A stretch of DNA of 51,269 nt from Ascoidea asiatica JCM 7603 (taxonomy: Eukaryota; Fungi; Ascomycota): NCBI GenBank assembly GCA_001600695.1, contig BCKQ01000006.1, positions 992,864 through 1,044,132 on the forward strand, given 5' to 3'. Below, in pieces: positions 20,845-30,526 of this stretch. How positions within the stretch are numbered: position 1 is the first letter of the stretch; every line of letters starts with the position of its first letter. Under the pieces are notes generated by a model, which did no database searches, was not told the DNA's origin, and saw nothing but the letters and a program-made list of their open reading frames with translations. Both the position numbers and the translations under genes were made by a program.

Positions 20845-23800
20845 ATGGACAATATAAGTTTCCAAGACAATAATATAAATTCTACTGATGATTTATATAA
20901 CTTTTTAAAAAATTATCTTCATTCTCTTGAATTAAAATTCTCTTCAAATCAACTCACTTTAGATCAAGTAAATTCAAGTCTTATCTTTTATTTAACATTC
21001 TTATCAAAATATATGGATTTTAGCTTCAATTCAGATATAATACTAACTGAAAATAATATTAATGAAATTGATTTAATTTCAAAAACAAATTACTCTATAA
21101 TTACACAATCAAATAAAGAAGAAATAATCTATAACTCTTGTTATTTTTTAATAGATTCAATTCTTTTTAAAAATATAACTTTTCAAAAATTCGTAATTGG
21201 TAAATTATTAGGTTTATTAAATTTAAATTTAAAATTGGCCGATATTAATCTAAAATTAATTATTGGAATAATATTTAGTATAATTATACAAAATTTTACT
21301 AAAAATCAAGACTTTGATTATGGTTATCAAGAAAATAATACCGATAATATTAATATAAATGATAATATTGATAATAATCTTGAAAATTATAATATAAATA
21401 ATGATGATAAAAATATTGATATAAATAGCGCTTTGCTACTAACTTTACAGAATTATTCTTCTTTTAAAATTTTTTATAAAATTCTTTACTTTAATAATTT
21501 CATTTCATTTTTTCATCAAAGAAAACAAATAATTTCAAATCATTTAAATAATAATATTAAATTTAATCAAAATGATAATTTTATTATTAATCTTTCTTAC
21601 GAAAAAAATGATTTAAAAATAATCAATGATCCTTCTCAAACTGATAATCAATTATTATCAAATGATCAAAATAATTTAATTCTTAATCAATCTTTAAATA
21701 ATATAATTAATGAAAATATTAATTTAAAAAAAAATTTATTTTTATTTAATCCTGATATTCAAAAAAATAATTTTTTCATAAATCAACCTGAAAATTATAT
21801 ATATGATATAAATTTAAAAAATGAATTACTAAATGATGAAAAGTTTTATCTTAATGAAATCTTTCAGTCTGAAAAAAAATTAATTACAACTACAAGTGAT
21901 TCTCTTTTAAATGAATTAAATTTAAAATTAAAGAATCTTAATAAATTAAAAAAAATTAATTTGAAGAAATTTTTAACTCAAAATATTAATAATATCTATT
22001 ATCCTTGGAAAAAATTTTTAATTAATAAATATTTTTTAAAATTATTAATAAATTATTTTAAAATTTTAAAAATTTCTTTTATTGATATTTTATTAATTAA
22101 TAATACTTTTATTTTTGAATTTTTAATTAAAAATTTGAATATTTTTTGTACAAGTAATAATTTAGAAGATACTTCAAAAGATTTTTATGATTATGACGGT
22201 CAAAATTATGGTGATGGTTATTATGGAAATTTTAGAAATAGTGTAATTAATTTATCTCGTTCTAATTCTCTTAAATTAAATTCAAATTCAAATTCAAACT
22301 TAAATTCAAGTCAAATAATTAAAACTATTAAAAATAAAATAAATGATTTTTGTAAAGCTATAGGTATAATTGGCGCTGCGACTTCAACAGATTTAGCTTT
22401 ATCAATAGAAGATGAAAAAGAATTAAATAATTTAAAATTTCAATTTATTCTATCATTAAATGAACAATATATGTTACTCAATTATAATCAATTAACTTTG
22501 AAAAAAAAAATTCCAATAAAACTTTTACAAAAATTAGAAATAAATAAATTTTTAAAAATTTATAAAATTAATGAAAAATTAAAAATTTTGAATAAATTAA
22601 AAAAAGGTTTTTTATTAGATATTAATAGTAAATTAAACCAGTATATTCAATATGAGAAAGATCAATTAATGTTTCAACAAGGTTTTGATAATCAATATAA
22701 TTATTTCTCAAATTCTACAATAATTTCAAATTCTAATTTAAATATTGATGAAGATGAACTTTATGAATCAATTTATAATGAATACGAAGATTCATTTAAT
22801 GAACTTGAAATTATTGAAAATGATTTATTAAAAGAAAAAAATGAAATTTTATTGAATGATTCTGGCTATTTAGAAATAAATAATAATAATTTCAATTTAA
22901 CAAAATTTTATGAGGATATTATTAATGTTTATCCCAGTATTTTAACCTTTAAAGATATTGAAGATGAATTTATTGTACAATTAATCAACAGATTCAAAAA
23001 ATGTATAAGAATTTCAAAAATTGATCCTGGTATAGATGAGCATTTATTATTCAATGATTTTAACATTTCTGATTTAAAGACTCAAAAAGTAATACTAAAA
23101 ATAACGGATGAAGAAAAAAAGAAAATATTAAAACCGTTAACAAAAAATTTAGTAGTTGATAATTTACTTGGAAAGTTTTCTGAAATGTATAAAAATTTAA
23201 TTGAAGAATATAAACTTGATCCAGAAAATGAAAATGAAGTTAATTTTATTGGATCGGTTTTAGTATCTACAAAAGATGAAAACATCTTTAGAAATTTTAT
23301 TTCATATTTAATTTATGATTTTAATAGAGAAGAAGATAATTGTAATAAAATTATGATTTTAAAAGTATTATATTTGATTTTAAAGACTTTTAGTGAAGAT
23401 AAAGTCCAAAAAAAGAAATTTGACTTTTATATGAATGATTTGAAATTATTAGTTGATATATTTATTAGAGAATTATTCAATTTATCTGCAGATTCTCAAG
23501 CCCCTTTGGTTAATAATTATCTCAGAGTTTTTTATCTATTACTCAATTTCACAGATTTAAATTTTTTTGAATTAGATTCTGAAAGTGAAGATCGTCTGAA
23601 AATAATTAAAAATGAAATAGGACAAGTAGAAAAAAAACAAAGAAATGGAAATGGAAATGGAAGTGAAATTTATAAAATTAATAAGTATGAAGTTAAGTAT
23701 GATTTTGATTCTCGAAGTTATAAAAGAAAAGAAATTATTAATCTACTAATTTATTTAAGTGGGGAAGATATTCAAAATATGTGTGATGCAATGATTGTAA

Positions 23801-24543
23801 GACATAATAAAAAGCATTGTAAATTAGAATTCAAAAAAGAAAAACAAGAAAATAAGATTAAAAAATTACGAGTATGGGAGCCAAACAAACAAACAATTAA
23901 ACTAGCTAAAAAATGTTTAGATATTAAATGGCTTGGTTTAAATGATTATTTAGAGGAATTTTTAAGGCAAAAAACAGTAAGAGAACATCGAAGTCAAACA
24001 TTTAATAATGGTGATAGTAGTGTTAGTAGTTTCGAAGCAGTTAATGAAAATGAATTAAATGATAATTTATTAAAATTGAATTTGAGATCCGAAAGCTTTT
24101 CATCGTCAAACTCATCTTCAACCCCAAATATTAGTGACCCTGAAATCAACGAAAATAACTTAAATATAATAGGATCCCATAATCATAAAAATAATTCTAA
24201 TGAAAATGTGAAAAATAATAATTTGTATAGAGAAATTTATGGAAATGGAATAACTTATCCTAGAAGGATCAATTCTTCAGCAACATTACTTGATCATTCA
24301 AGAAAAATGAGTAATGGAAGTCAAAGTAGTAGTGCCACCACTCCAGAAATGTATATCGATTACAGGAGGTCAAGTTCAGTGTCTAGCTTACAAAATAACT
24401 CGTCGAATCACAACAACAAATGCAGAAGCAGTAATGCCAAATTTTCAGAATTTCAAAGAAACAAAAAACTACCTCCTCCTCCACCTCCTCCGTCAAGGAA
24501 ACTACGGTCAGTCAATTCAAGAAGCAATCTCAGTGCTTTATAA
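20845..24543 (+). CDS. LDB17: Ldb17 (SPIN90/WISH/Dip1 family Arp2/3 activator), expanded by Asn-rich inserts, about 1232 aa
   Basis: FILSLNEQY, FRNFI..LI..FNRE, ILKVLYLI, FYMNDLKLLVDIFIRELFNL, YLRVFYLLL and C-terminal PPPPPPPSRK; first ATG at 20845; syntenic neighbourhood fits. Confidence 0.85.
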   Translation: MDNISFQDNNINSTDDLYNFLKNYLHSLELKFSSNQLTLDQVNSSLIFYLTFLSKYMDFSFNSDIILTENNINEIDLISKTNYSIITQSNKEEIIYNSCYFLIDSILFKNITFQKFVIGKLLGLLNLNLKLADINLKLIIGIIFSIIIQNFTKNQDFDYGYQENNTDNININDNIDNNLENYNINNDDKNIDINSALLLTLQNYSSFKIFYKILYFNNFISFFHQRKQIISNHLNNNIKFNQNDNFIINLSYEKNDLKIINDPSQTDNQLLSNDQNNLILNQSLNNIINENINLKKNLFLFNPDIQKNNFFINQPENYIYDINLKNELLNDEKFYLNEIFQSEKKLITTTSDSLLNELNLKLKNLNKLKKINLKKFLTQNINNIYYPWKKFLINKYFLKLLINYFKILKISFIDILLINNTFIFEFLIKNLNIFCTSNNLEDTSKDFYDYDGQNYGDGYYGNFRNSVINLSRSNSLKLNSNSNSNLNSSQIIKTIKNKINDFCKAIGIIGAATSTDLALSIEDEKELNNLKFQFILSLNEQYMLLNYNQLTLKKKIPIKLLQKLEINKFLKIYKINEKLKILNKLKKGFLLDINSKLNQYIQYEKDQLMFQQGFDNQYNYFSNSTIISNSNLNIDEDELYESIYNEYEDSFNELEIIENDLLKEKNEILLNDSGYLEINNNNFNLTKFYEDIINVYPSILTFKDIEDEFIVQLINRFKKCIRISKIDPGIDEHLLFNDFNISDLKTQKVILKITDEEKKKILKPLTKNLVVDNLLGKFSEMYKNLIEEYKLDPENENEVNFIGSVLVSTKDENIFRNFISYLIYDFNREEDNCNKIMILKVLYLILKTFSEDKVQKKKFDFYMNDLKLLVDIFIRELFNLSADSQAPLVNNYLRVFYLLLNFTDLNFFELDSESEDRLKIIKNEIGQVEKKQRNGNGNGSEIYKINKYEVKYDFDSRSYKRKEIINLLIYLSGEDIQNMCDAMIVRHNKKHCKLEFKKEKQENKIKKLRVWEPNKQTIKLAKKCLDIKWLGLNDYLEEFLRQKTVREHRSQTFNNGDSSVSSFEAVNENELNDNLLKLNLRSESFSSSNSSSTPNISDPEINENNLNIIGSHNHKNNSNENVKNNNLYREIYGNGITYPRRINSSATLLDHSRKMSNGSQSSSATTPEMYIDYRRSSSVSSLQNNSSNHNNKCRSSNAKFSEFQRNKKLPPPPPPPSRKLRSVNSRSNLSAL

Positions 24544-24727
24544 TAAATAATTTTTTTTTTTCTCTCATTTTTATAAAATTCTCTCATAGTTAAAGTTTTA
24601 TTAGCATAGACAATCGTACAACATCATTTTACTATTGTAATTTCGCTTAGAAGTAACTCTAACTGAGCCAGGAGTTACACAAAGGTAAAGTTACCTACGA
24701 ATAATGCTAGCAGAGTACTTAGTTAGC

Positions 24728-24934
24728 TTACCCGTAACTAAACTTGTTGTCTACACAATAACGGTGAAGCACTTTTACAGCACTGGGCTACAAGACCCCC
24801 ACCAGTGGTTCCCTGCCTCTTTTATGCCCGCAGAGCCCTGGCAATAAAAAAATTAAGAAACCTTCTAGTCATGTGCCTTGTTGTTACCCTGCAAAGTCTT
24901 TTTTTCATTTTTGGATCCTCGAAACACTATAAAA
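24728..24934 (+). promoter_or_regulatory. U2 snRNA promoter: Reb1 site and TATA box
   Basis: TTACCCG 24728-24734 and TATAAAA 24928-24934, about 55 nt before the U2 5' end. Confidence 0.65.
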
Positions 24935-24985
24935 GGACTAGAATTCCTGTTATTTTTATCTAGTTTTTTTTCCCTTTTTTTTCAT

Positions 24986-25180
24986 CAAAATCTCTTTGCC
25001 TTTGGCTTAGATCAAGTGTAGTATCTGTTCTTTTCAGTGTAACAACTGAAACTCTCCTAATGGGAGACTTTTAACTTTGTTACTTTTATTTTTGGTGATG
25101 GTGATTTCCTTCAATGGGCTTGCTCATTGGGATATTGCATCGTGTCGTTACTCTAGGGTTTCTGACGCAAATCTCTTCAA
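24986..25180 (+). ncRNA. LSR1: U2 spliceosomal snRNA (short form, about 195 nt)
   Basis: ATCTCTTTGCCTTTGGCTTAGATCAAGTGTAGTATCTGTTCTTTTCAGTGTAACAACTGAAA is the conserved U2 5' end with the GTAGTA branch-recognition sequence; Sm site ATTTTTG 25088-25094; stem III hairpin CAATGGGCTTGCTCATTG; ends approximate. Confidence 0.97.
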
Positions 25181-25464
25181 GTTTTTCTAAGTGTTTCATT
25201 TATAAAATTTGAAAGGATTTGTTTTTAAACTAATTTATTGGTTGTTTTTGTTAAGTTAGGTATTTTGGTTCTTACTCTTAAATGCTAATGTTTAACAGAA
25301 TATCTACAAATGGATTGACTAGGTGTTTAAAAATTATGTTGTATAATAGGCTTGTCTTACTAGCATTTTCAAAACTTATATTCTATATAAAAAAGTGGGA
25401 AAAAAAAGTAAGCGCTTACTACAAAGACGATCAAGATAAAGTTTGGTAGATGATTAATTTACTA

Positions 25465-26847
25465 TCAAGAATTTTTATTCTTGGTTTCGTTCTCATTTTC
25501 ATTTTCCAGTTGTTTTTGTTCTTTTCTTTTCTTTTTTGCAGATTTTACCAAGTTATTCCACCTTTTATTAAGTTTTAAGTTTTCATTTAACAAATTATTG
25601 TTGTTAAACTTGACAGAGGTTAATTCATTTATTGTATTTTTGTTTTTCAAATTTAGAGAGGCTATTTCTTTATTTTTAATATTTAACTGTTGATTCAAGA
25701 GGTTTATCTTGGAAATAAACCTATTTATTTTGTCTTCATTTTGATTTACCATTTCTTTTTGATTTTGAATCAATGGGTTTTCTTCATTACATTTTTTTAA
25801 TTTATTATTATCATTAAAATTATCAATCTTTTCTTTTTTCAACTTTTCTATCAAATAACCATTTAGTGTATTTGAGTGATTTTGGACTAATTTTTTCAAA
25901 TTATTTTCATTCAAAATTATTAAATTTTCCTCATTTGCAATCTCATTATTTTTATTCTTACTAATCAATTGTAATGATTTTAATTGATTATTTAAATAAT
26001 CTAAATTTAATTTTAGTTGTTGATTTTCAATCATTAATTCTTCTTTGCTTTTGTTTTTTAGTATATTTAAATTTATCTTTGTTGGATCATTGATATCAAT
26101 TTTTAGATTTTTTTCTTTACCTTGTGTCTTATTATTCAATTCATTTAAATGTATACAATTTTTATTTATTGAATTTGTGAATTCTTTGATAAATTTATTG
26201 ATGATTTCATTTGTTATACAAGTTAAATCAGTTACATTATTAACATAATTCTTTTGTGAAGTTACTCCAATATTGGAATTATTAATATTATTGTTATTGT
26301 TATTACTATTATTATTATTATTATTAGTAGTAGTAGTAGTATCAGTAGTATTAGTAGTGATAGCAGTGGAAGTAGTAGTAGTATGAGTTTTTGAAACACT
26401 AATTTTTCCTATATTCGCATTGGTAACAAAATTATTGACATTATGTTTTATAATTCCTCTCCTGTTAGACAATGAATGCAGACTGTTTTTCCTTCGCAAT
26501 AATTTTTCTTTCTCTTTTTCCTTTTCTTTCTCTTTTTCTAATTTAAGTATTTTTAAATTTTCTCTATCTAAATTATCTTGTAAATTTTTCTTCAATGCAT
26601 TATATTTATTGAGACATTCTATTGACTTCTTCTTATGCTCTTCGATTAAGATTTTAATCACATTAATTATTTTCTCATAATCATTAAGATTTGATTCATT
26701 CTGATCATATTCAATTGATAAATTGGTCAACACTTCTTCAAACTTCTCAAAAGTAAGTTTGTGATAAGTACTTGCCTCTTTGTATTCCTTTCTAGTGGTA
26801 TAATTTTCTGCTTTCTCAGCTAGCTCGTAAGCATCAGGAAGTGACAT
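25465..26847 (-). CDS. ATG38: Atg38 (PI3K complex I subunit): N-terminal MIT-like domain, C-terminal coiled coil
   Basis: N-terminal AYELAEKAE..RKEYKEA..YH helix bundle; C-terminal ENLKLNKRWNNLVKSAKKKR resembles the Atg38 terminus (RW.SLV.SAK.RR); position next to ATG9 fits ancestral order. Confidence 0.75.
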   Translation of the reverse strand: MSLPDAYELAEKAENYTTRKEYKEASTYHKLTFEKFEEVLTNLSIEYDQNESNLNDYEKIINVIKILIEEHKKKSIECLNKYNALKKNLQDNLDRENLKILKLEKEKEKEKEKEKLLRRKNSLHSLSNRRGIIKHNVNNFVTNANIGKISVSKTHTTTTSTAITTNTTDTTTTTNNNNNNSNNNNNNINNSNIGVTSQKNYVNNVTDLTCITNEIINKFIKEFTNSINKNCIHLNELNNKTQGKEKNLKIDINDPTKINLNILKNKSKEELMIENQQLKLNLDYLNNQLKSLQLISKNKNNEIANEENLIILNENNLKKLVQNHSNTLNGYLIEKLKKEKIDNFNDNNKLKKCNEENPLIQNQKEMVNQNEDKINRFISKINLLNQQLNIKNKEIASLNLKNKNTINELTSVKFNNNNLLNENLKLNKRWNNLVKSAKKKRKEQKQLENENENETKNKNS

Positions 26848-27170
26848 CTATACATCCCCTGATTTCTTTAGAATAGTAAAAATAAATCTAACAGATATCC
26901 AATCCTTCAGATTCTTTATAAAATCTTTGCAATATAGTTTCTTGATTCTTTCACTTCTCAAAAAATTTGTTATCAAAAAACCAAATCAGTAACGTTATTA
27001 ACAATAATTATCAATTCGAATTTGGGGTTATTCAAAAGTTGACAGTCTTTAGCTTATCAGCGGCAACAAGATACATCCTGCATCCATATTTTGTTTTGTT
27101 ATCTTCTCCCGATAATCAAATAGTTAAATAGTTAGCTTTTATCGATATAAAAACATTGAAGATTTACTTG

Positions 27171-27291
27171 GTAAGTATTGCTTTGAACATTCGCATATTT
27201 TAGTTTTCATTTATTTTCCCTTTATTACCACTCTTTAATTTTACCTTCCACAATATCAAGCCTAATTTAATAAAATTTTTACTTGGTCTAG
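27171..27291 (+). other. Probable intron in the ATG9 5' UTR (121 nt)
   Basis: TTG|GTAAGT donor at 27171, CCTAAT branch-like motif at 27261, CTAG acceptor at 27291, 12 nt before AAAATG. Confidence 0.55.
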
Positions 27292-27303
27292 TTCTGTTTC
27301 AAA

Positions 27304-30300
27304 ATGGCAAATATTAATCCCAATGATAATAATAATTTTTTGACTAGGGTGTTTGGTCCTTCAAAGAATAAAAAGTTATCAGAAACTGAACTTGTAGATA
27401 ATCCAGCTCATCAAAATAACTCTAATCAGGAAATGATCAATAATACAACCGCTTTTAATAATTTAATACCAAAACTTGTCTCTTCTCCAACAGCAAATCT
27501 GAATTCCTATCAAACGGTGATTTCTGATTCAAATGCACATTCTGGTTTAAATAGAACTTCTAGATCCGGTTCAAAAAAATATTCAAAAACTCGTTCAATT
27601 TCTAAACAATCTAAAAGACTGAATTCTCAAACTAAAAATAAACCAATTACTGCAAATTTAGTTGAATCTGAACCTGATTCCACTGATTCTGAATCAGATT
27701 CACATTCTCAAACGAGTGAGTTCAATCCTAAATCAATTTCCAACTCTTTCTTGCTTCAATCTCAAAATTCTCAAATAAAAGATAACAAATTTAATAACTA
27801 CTACACAAAAGAGGAAGATGGACAACTTCGAAAAAATCAAATACAAGAAGAGCTGGCGTATGATATACATCATGGGCTGGAACTTGAAGAAGATAATACT
27901 CATGAAGAAATAGAAGAAGAAGAAGACGAAGAACCTGACGCTGTTATTCACAAAGGTCCTTATAATTTCAACTTTGAATACAATAAATATCGCAATAATT
28001 CTCAACAAGATTTTGCTGATTCGGAGGATAGTGATATGGATGACGATGCAACTAACAAAAAAAATCAAATTATTAACGTTGAATCGAATTCCAATGGTTA
28101 TTCTTTAAATAATGAGATATCTAAGGACTTTAGCGACGATCAAGACAATTCCCAAGATTCAGAAAGTGATTTACTTGATAAAAAAGATTCTTCTTCAATT
28201 TTGCAACATAATTCAAAAAAATCTTATTGGAGTAATAAGAATAAAGGCATTCTCCCTCTATACAATACCCATAAATCATACCCTGCTTCTCATAAAAGGC
28301 ACTTATTGAATAGCAAATTTTTGAAAAAGCATTCATCAAAAAAAAATAAACTTTCCAGAGGAAATAAGAGATTGAAAAGTAAAAGAATAGCAAATTTGAG
28401 TCCTGAAGAAAGAGCTCACTGGATGTGGGCAAATGTTGAAAATTTAGATGTCTTTTTGCAAGATGTCTATAAATACTATCTTGGAAATGGCTTTTATTCA
28501 ATAATATTATCCAAACTAATTGATCTCATAACAATTATTTTTATATTCTCCATATTCATATTCCTAACATCCTGTATTGACTATTCAAAAATATCCTCTT
28601 CGAATAATAAACTTCAGAATATAAGAGTACCTCACTGTTATAAAAACCTTCATTTTTTCAAAAGAGGTTTAACATGGGTTATGGTTATTTTTGTAGTAAT
28701 GAGATTGATTCAATTTATTTTCATTGATTATAAAAAATTAAAGGATATGTTCCTTTTTTATAAATATCTTCTTAACATTCATGAAAATGAGCTACAAACC
28801 ATTTCATGGCAGTTAGTTGTTCAAAACATTATCCTTTTGAAAAATCAAAATGCGATCACTTCTAATGTTGCAGATCTAAAATCAAAATCAAGATTAGATG
28901 CCCATGATATCGCTAATAGAATAATGAGAAAGGAAAATTATATGATTGCTTTGTTCAATAGAGATATATTAGATTTGAGATTACCTTTGCTTAAGCACAT
29001 AGGCTTAAACTCAAATAATAGTATACTTACAAAAACTTTAGAATGGAATTTAAATTTTTGCATTTTGGGTTTTGTTTTCAATGAACAAGGTCAAGTTCGA
29101 ACATTATTTTTGAAAGAATCATACAAACCCTTGCTATCGGATGAACTTAAAAAAAGGTTTTTGCTTGCAGGGATCCTTAATCTTTTTTTCTCTCCCTTCA
29201 TTGTTGTTTATTTCATTTTACTTTATTTTTTCCGTTATTTCAATGAATACAAGACTAATCCAGGAATAATTAGCTCGAGACAATATACCCCATTTGCTGA
29301 ATGGAAATTACGAGAATTTAATGAATTGTATCATCTTTTTGAAAGACGCTTAAAGCTCAGTATCCCAGAAGCTTCTAAGTATATTGATCAATTTCCCAAG
29401 GATAAGATGACACAGTCAATGAGATTTGTTTCTTTCATTTCTGGCTCTTTTGCTGCAATTCTTGGTATTCTAGCAATTTTTGATCCAGAATTAGGGATAA
29501 ATTTTGAAATAACGGAAGGTAGAACTGCTTTATTTTATATTGGTGTTTTTGGTACTATATGGGCTGTTACGCATAGCGCAATTCCGGAAGATACAATTGT
29601 ATTTGATCCTGAGGCCAGTTTAAGATACGTTGCTCAATTTACTCATTACTTACCAAAAGAATGGGATCACAAATTTCATACTAATGAGGTTAAAACTGAG
29701 TTTTCTACCTTATTTGAGATGAAAATTGTATTGCTTCTAAAAGAATTAGCCAGTATTATTTTAACTCCGTTTATCTTGATGTTTGCTGTAACGAGGTGTA
29801 GTGATAAAATTGTTGATTTCTTTCAGAAATATTCTGTTCATGTTAATGGCCTTGGATACGTGTGCACATTTGCCATGTTTGATTTTGAGAAAGATAAAAA
29901 AACTTTGGATGAAGATCCAAAAGGAAAAAAAAAGGAAAGAATGCGTACAGCCCATTTTTCGAAGGATGTTGGTTTAACAGATGGTAAGCAATTTGGTGCC
30001 CAAGATGGAAAAATGGTTAAATCATATTTATACTTCTTGGAAAGCTATGGCGGAAATAAAGATCTGAATTTGCGGGTTGATTCTACATCTAGCCATCAAT
30101 ACTCCAATAAACGACCTTTAAATGATAATAACATGAGAAATAGTATGTTTGGATCTAAATATTTGAATGGTATAGATGAAACTAGAGCTAAATTGTTTCG
30201 CAAGACTCCAAACTTAGTCAACGGAAAATGGAATGAAAATACTAAATTAGATGGTAGCTTTTTAGGAGAATCATTTCAAACTGCATTACCAAAAGTAGAT

Positions 30301-30393
30301 GCCACTTTCGAAGATGAAGACCCAGGTTCTAATCCTGGAGTTCTTGGTTTAATCAATCAATTTTACACTCAAGGTCAACATATAGGCCGGTAA
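27304..30393 (+). CDS. ATG9: Autophagy lipid scramblase Atg9
   Basis: WMWANVENLDVFLQDVY.YYLGNG, RLDAHDIANRIMRKENYMIAL, LTKTLEWNL, WKLREFNELYHLF, YIDQFP, GLGYVCTFAMF. Confidence 0.98.
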   Translation: MANINPNDNNNFLTRVFGPSKNKKLSETELVDNPAHQNNSNQEMINNTTAFNNLIPKLVSSPTANLNSYQTVISDSNAHSGLNRTSRSGSKKYSKTRSISKQSKRLNSQTKNKPITANLVESEPDSTDSESDSHSQTSEFNPKSISNSFLLQSQNSQIKDNKFNNYYTKEEDGQLRKNQIQEELAYDIHHGLELEEDNTHEEIEEEEDEEPDAVIHKGPYNFNFEYNKYRNNSQQDFADSEDSDMDDDATNKKNQIINVESNSNGYSLNNEISKDFSDDQDNSQDSESDLLDKKDSSSILQHNSKKSYWSNKNKGILPLYNTHKSYPASHKRHLLNSKFLKKHSSKKNKLSRGNKRLKSKRIANLSPEERAHWMWANVENLDVFLQDVYKYYLGNGFYSIILSKLIDLITIIFIFSIFIFLTSCIDYSKISSSNNKLQNIRVPHCYKNLHFFKRGLTWVMVIFVVMRLIQFIFIDYKKLKDMFLFYKYLLNIHENELQTISWQLVVQNIILLKNQNAITSNVADLKSKSRLDAHDIANRIMRKENYMIALFNRDILDLRLPLLKHIGLNSNNSILTKTLEWNLNFCILGFVFNEQGQVRTLFLKESYKPLLSDELKKRFLLAGILNLFFSPFIVVYFILLYFFRYFNEYKTNPGIISSRQYTPFAEWKLREFNELYHLFERRLKLSIPEASKYIDQFPKDKMTQSMRFVSFISGSFAAILGILAIFDPELGINFEITEGRTALFYIGVFGTIWAVTHSAIPEDTIVFDPEASLRYVAQFTHYLPKEWDHKFHTNEVKTEFSTLFEMKIVLLLKELASIILTPFILMFAVTRCSDKIVDFFQKYSVHVNGLGYVCTFAMFDFEKDKKTLDEDPKGKKKERMRTAHFSKDVGLTDGKQFGAQDGKMVKSYLYFLESYGGNKDLNLRVDSTSSHQYSNKRPLNDNNMRNSMFGSKYLNGIDETRAKLFRKTPNLVNGKWNENTKLDGSFLGESFQTALPKVDATFEDEDPGSNPGVLGLINQFYTQGQHIGR

Positions 30394-30526
30394 TAAACTC
30401 TACACATATTTTGGGTGACGTTTTTTTTAGTCAATATTTAAGATATTCAATAAGTTAAGCTTTTGATATATAAGATGAGTTATGCAATTAAATTAATATT
30501 AATACAATTTATACACTTTGATAAGT

